Positions 8,056 to 10,631 of a stretch of 10,631 nucleotides of DNA are shown one piece after another. The stretch is from Thermodesulfovibrionales bacterium. GTDB taxonomy: Bacteria > Nitrospirota > Thermodesulfovibrionia > Thermodesulfovibrionales > SM23-35. Location of the stretch: assembly GCA_963715195.1 (NCBI GenBank), contig CAVQRT010000011.1, positions 1 to 10,631 on the forward strand. The letters run 5' to 3'. The notes under the pieces are model-generated. The model saw only the letters and a program-made list of their open reading frames with translations, searched no databases and was not told where the DNA came from. Numbering within the stretch: position 1 is the stretch's first letter; each line of letters starts with the position of its first letter. A program made the position numbers and the translations under genes.

Positions 8056-8145
8056 GCCACTTCGATAACCCCTCTTTCCCTTTTTCAACCCCAGGAAAGG
8101 TGGCTTTGTGTCGCTTGATCGCTCAAGCTTTACCTTTTCGGTGGC
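8056..8145 (-). ncRNA. c-di-GMP-I (GEMM-I) riboswitch aptamer, variant with U at the C92-equivalent position
   Basis: Minus strand GCCAC-CG-AAAA-GGUAAA-GCUUGA-GCGA-UCAAGC-GACAC-AAA-GCCAC-C-U-UUCC...GGAA-AG-A-GGGGUU-A-U-CG-AA-GUGGC. P1, P2 with GNRA loop and P3 are all present, with compensatory pairs relative to Vc2 (U22-A45, U56-A84). Confidence 0.9.
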
Positions 8146-8152
8146 ATTAGCT

Positions 8153-8182
8153 AGTATGTCATGTATCTTAAATCATCTTAAA
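8153..8182 (-). promoter_or_regulatory. Promoter of the riboswitch leader: extended -10 plus upstream direct repeat
   Basis: TG-A-CATACT (8161-8153) predicts a start near 8146, immediately before aptamer P1. TTTAAGAT repeats with a 10-bp period (8182-8175, 8172-8165). Confidence 0.55.
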
Positions 8183-8616
8183 AACCGCTCCAGCATAAAA
8201 TAAGTTCTTTGGTCCTTAATGATATTAATACCACACCGTTATCAAGTAATCGGTGTTTTGAATCACATCGAGTAAAAGAATTGTCGTGATAACTATTTGC
8301 TAATTCCTGTATAAATAACGGGACCTGATTGAATATAAGTTCCAGGAAGTTTTTTTACCTGTGTGGTTCTTAATAATAGCGTTGACTGCTCATGGCGGCT
8401 GTCTATGTTTTCTTGGGAAATAGGTAAACCTCGAAAATGTCAGATTTGCGTATTCCTATGTGCAGGTGAGAAAAAAGGTATGCACAGTATGGGACGAATG
8501 TAACAAAACAATGATTGAGAACCTAAGAGGCAAAATAACTTCCTGTAATGTTGTATAAATAGAACCTAGTTAATCAACAACAGTCCTTTTGAAAATCAAT
8601 ATGCTCACATTTGTTG

Positions 8617-8625
8617 TGATATGCT
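8617..8625 (+). promoter_or_regulatory. Candidate extended -10 promoter for the methyltransferase
   Basis: TG-A-TATGCT about 40 nt upstream of ATG 8667. Confidence 0.35.
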
Positions 8626-8666
8626 AAGCTGGTCTAATAACCGCGGCAGCATTTTAAAGGGGCGCA

Positions 8667-9320
8667 ATGAAATCAAGAATTTCAAAACTTGCATCTGCTT
8701 GGGATAATGAATACCTTAGCAATGAACTGGGACTGATCTATGAACCATTATGGAGAACTGTTTCGGATTGTTTATTATCTGTATCCACTGGGCAAATCAT
8801 TGATTTCGGATGTGGTGACGGAAGATACTCATTTCTTTTAAACGACATGGGATTCGATGTGATCGGAATTGACCTTTCATCCAAGGCTATAAAATTAGCT
8901 GAGAAAATACAAAACGAGCGAAGCATTGAGGGAATACAGTTCACTGTGAATGACGGTATCTCTAATCAAATTCTGGACAATTCCATTAATGCGGTAATGC
9001 TCAATACTTATCACTGTCTGACATCTTCCTTACGCAAAATTGTCATGAATTCTGTTAGCCGAGTATTGACTCAGCAAGGTTTATTGATATTGAGCGCCCT
9101 GACACTTGAAGATGAATCTTACCCCCGCAATAAATGGATTGAAATAGCATCGAACACTTATAACGATAGGACAGGAAAGCTCTTCCATTTTTTCTCCAAA
9201 GATGAACTTGTCTCAGAGCTTCATTCATTTAAAATCACTAGTATTGAAAAGCTTGAGAATATTGTTCCCTCCGTGGGGAAAAAGAGTTCACTTTATGTTG
9301 TATTTGCCATGAAAAAGTAA
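8667..9320 (+). CDS. Class I SAM-dependent methyltransferase
   Basis: Motif I IIDFGCGDGR, motif II VIGIDLSSKAI, and VSRVLTQQGLLI. RBS AAAGGGG. Confidence 0.9.
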   Translation: MKSRISKLASAWDNEYLSNELGLIYEPLWRTVSDCLLSVSTGQIIDFGCGDGRYSFLLNDMGFDVIGIDLSSKAIKLAEKIQNERSIEGIQFTVNDGISNQILDNSINAVMLNTYHCLTSSLRKIVMNSVSRVLTQQGLLILSALTLEDESYPRNKWIEIASNTYNDRTGKLFHFFSKDELVSELHSFKITSIEKLENIVPSVGKKSSLYVVFAMKK

Positions 9321-9368
9321 TGCAAATGAAAGGCATTCTTCTTTCTGAACTCTTTACTATTAGATGTT

Positions 9369-9377
9369 TGCTATAAT
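9369..9377 (+). promoter_or_regulatory. Extended -10 promoter
   Basis: Consensus TG-C-TATAAT about 40 nt upstream of ATG 9419. Confidence 0.5.
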
Positions 9378-9418
9378 TATCAAAATTTCAGTTTTAATCA
9401 ACATCCCCGGCAAAGTGC

Positions 9419-9805
9419 ATGGTTATCAAACGTCACATAAAAAATCCACTTCAAAAGAAGGCCAAGAAAGGATTTCGCGGTTACCCCGTAGCGACCATTG
9501 CCTATTATGGTTCAAATAACGAAACAGCTTCAAAAGTAGCGGTCGGCATTATATTTGAGGAAGGTGCTGAGCCCACATACATGGAGAGGTGGGTTTCGGA
9601 GCACACAGATGTTCGAACTGATCTTACGATCAACAAAGAAATTCTGCAATTTATCGAAAAACATCCTGTGCGAAGCGTTGTAATTACAGATAGGATTATC
9701 GGTTGTCCTCACGAAGAAGGCGTTGATTATCCAGAAGGTGATGTCTGTCCAAAATGTCCTTATTGGGCTCACCGCGATCGCTGGACTGGTAGTACTATTC
9801 ATTGA
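9419..9805 (+). CDS. Hypothetical protein with C-terminal CPH...CxxC putative metal (Zn) site
   Basis: 128-aa ORF with protein-like composition: GFRGYPVATIAYYG and IIGCPHEEGVDYPEGDVCPKCPYW. Own upstream -10. Confidence 0.8.
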   Translation: MVIKRHIKNPLQKKAKKGFRGYPVATIAYYGSNNETASKVAVGIIFEEGAEPTYMERWVSEHTDVRTDLTINKEILQFIEKHPVRSVVITDRIIGCPHEEGVDYPEGDVCPKCPYWAHRDRWTGSTIH

Positions 9806-10102
9806 TGTTCAATTGTTCTTCCTGAAGCAAAGATTTTATTAATGAGCCTCGCGATAGCGGATTGCTCCTGAAAATCATGAGATTTAAGTCTTGTACCTCA
9901 AAAATATTTTCAAAAAGCAATATTGCCAAGAAAAAAAGCAATAATCTTATAGACAAGTATCACATAAAGGGGTAAGCTATTTTATATATTCCAAAATCGT
10001 TAATCCTTCTATTTGATGTATGCTCAAAAGATATCTATCAAATATTTTTTGATATGATGGAATGCATTTCGTATTAACCATACAACTGAAAGGAGATTGG
10101 TG

Positions 10103-10631
10103 GTGAGAGGAGATAAAAGCAAGAAATTACTCAACTGTTGTCTGACGTTATTCATTGTAATGATAGTGCTGATATGTACCAATGGAAACGTTACGGCGGG
10201 TGGCCTTGTTGATACCAGTGTCAGCCGTTTCCAAGCAGCGGATTTTTCCGACTCTGCGAATATTGATAATCCGTGGTGGACCCTGCCTGCGGGGGCTAAT
10301 TTTCTCTATTTTGCAGAAGATGGTGATGATTGTGTCTGGAACCTGACCGAAGTTCTGAACTCGACGACAAGCAACTTCGAGGGAATTTATGCTGGCACCA
10401 ATGCCAGGATCGTCCTCGACCGCGGATGGGTGGATGAAGATTGTGAATACGGGACAGACCCAGCAGCTTTTTCCGATGTCTGGAACAATATCGAGCCTGA
10501 AGAAATAACATACGACTGGTACGCCCAGGACAGCGAAATGAATATCTGGTACATGGGAGAAGACACATTTGACGGCATAGATAACTCTGGTTCCTTTGTC
10601 GCTGGATGTGATGGTGCAGAAGCAGGAATTG
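10103..10631 (+). CDS. Secreted acidic hypothetical protein, 3'-truncated by the window edge (not in ORF track)
   Basis: AGGAG (10091-10095) then GTG (10100 or 10103), open for 176 codons to the window end. Signal peptide MRGDKSKKLLNCCLTLFIVMIVLICTNGNVTA, then IDNPWWTLPAG...TYDWYAQDSEMNIWYMGED...GSFVAGCDGAEAGI. Confidence 0.85.
   Translation, partial: MRGDKSKKLLNCCLTLFIVMIVLICTNGNVTAGGLVDTSVSRFQAADFSDSANIDNPWWTLPAGANFLYFAEDGDDCVWNLTEVLNSTTSNFEGIYAGTNARIVLDRGWVDEDCEYGTDPAAFSDVWNNIEPEEITYDWYAQDSEMNIWYMGEDTFDGIDNSGSFVAGCDGAEAGI

Noticed and set aside
6263..8060. ORFs 6263-6514, 6744-6974, 6771-7172, 6839-7120, 7200-7382, 7447-7638 and 7875-8060
   Set aside because: Shadows of the NHL/TSP3 gene. 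7875-8060 runs through the riboswitch terminator without a clear RBS, so it is not called a leader peptide.
8626..8666. Possible SAM riboswitch or attC site before the methyltransferase
   Set aside because: Only a 4-bp GCTG/CAGC stem. No SAM-I/II/V consensus and no paired attC R boxes.
10013..10027. FNR-like TTGAT...CTCAA
   Set aside because: The spacer is 5 nt rather than 4 and one half-site is mismatched.
8738..10578. Minus-strand ORFs 8738-8944, 9530-9802, 10296-10568 and 10387-10578
   Set aside because: Antisense to better-supported + strand genes.
1..10631. CRISPR arrays, tRNA or rRNA genes
   Set aside because: No regularly spaced repeats or RNA-gene signatures seen.

Overview
AT-rich bacterial accessory region with four blocks. 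(1) A complete 1250-bp IS3-family insertion sequence (33-1282, minus strand) with terminal IRs and an OrfA/OrfB -1 frameshift motif. (2) A probable copper/heavy-metal resistance cluster: a Tat-exported multicopper oxidase and a Gly/Met-rich SHOCT membrane protein on +, converging on a His-rich membrane sensor kinase and a ZraP/Spy-like periplasmic protein on -, with a CopR-like direct repeat in the oxidase promoter. (3) A cyclic-dinucleotide-linked block: a GEMM-I (c-di-GMP-I) riboswitch with terminator and antiterminator (8020-8145, minus) heads a secreted NHL/thrombospondin-type-3 repeat protein, followed by a tandem-PilZ protein. By manual alignment the riboswitch has U instead of C at the ligand-pairing position equivalent to Vc2 C92, which may shift its specificity. 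(4) On +: a class I SAM methyltransferase, a Cys/His-motif hypothetical protein, and the 5' part of a secreted protein missing from the ORF track that runs off the window end. All assignments come from motif recognition by eye; no searches were run.
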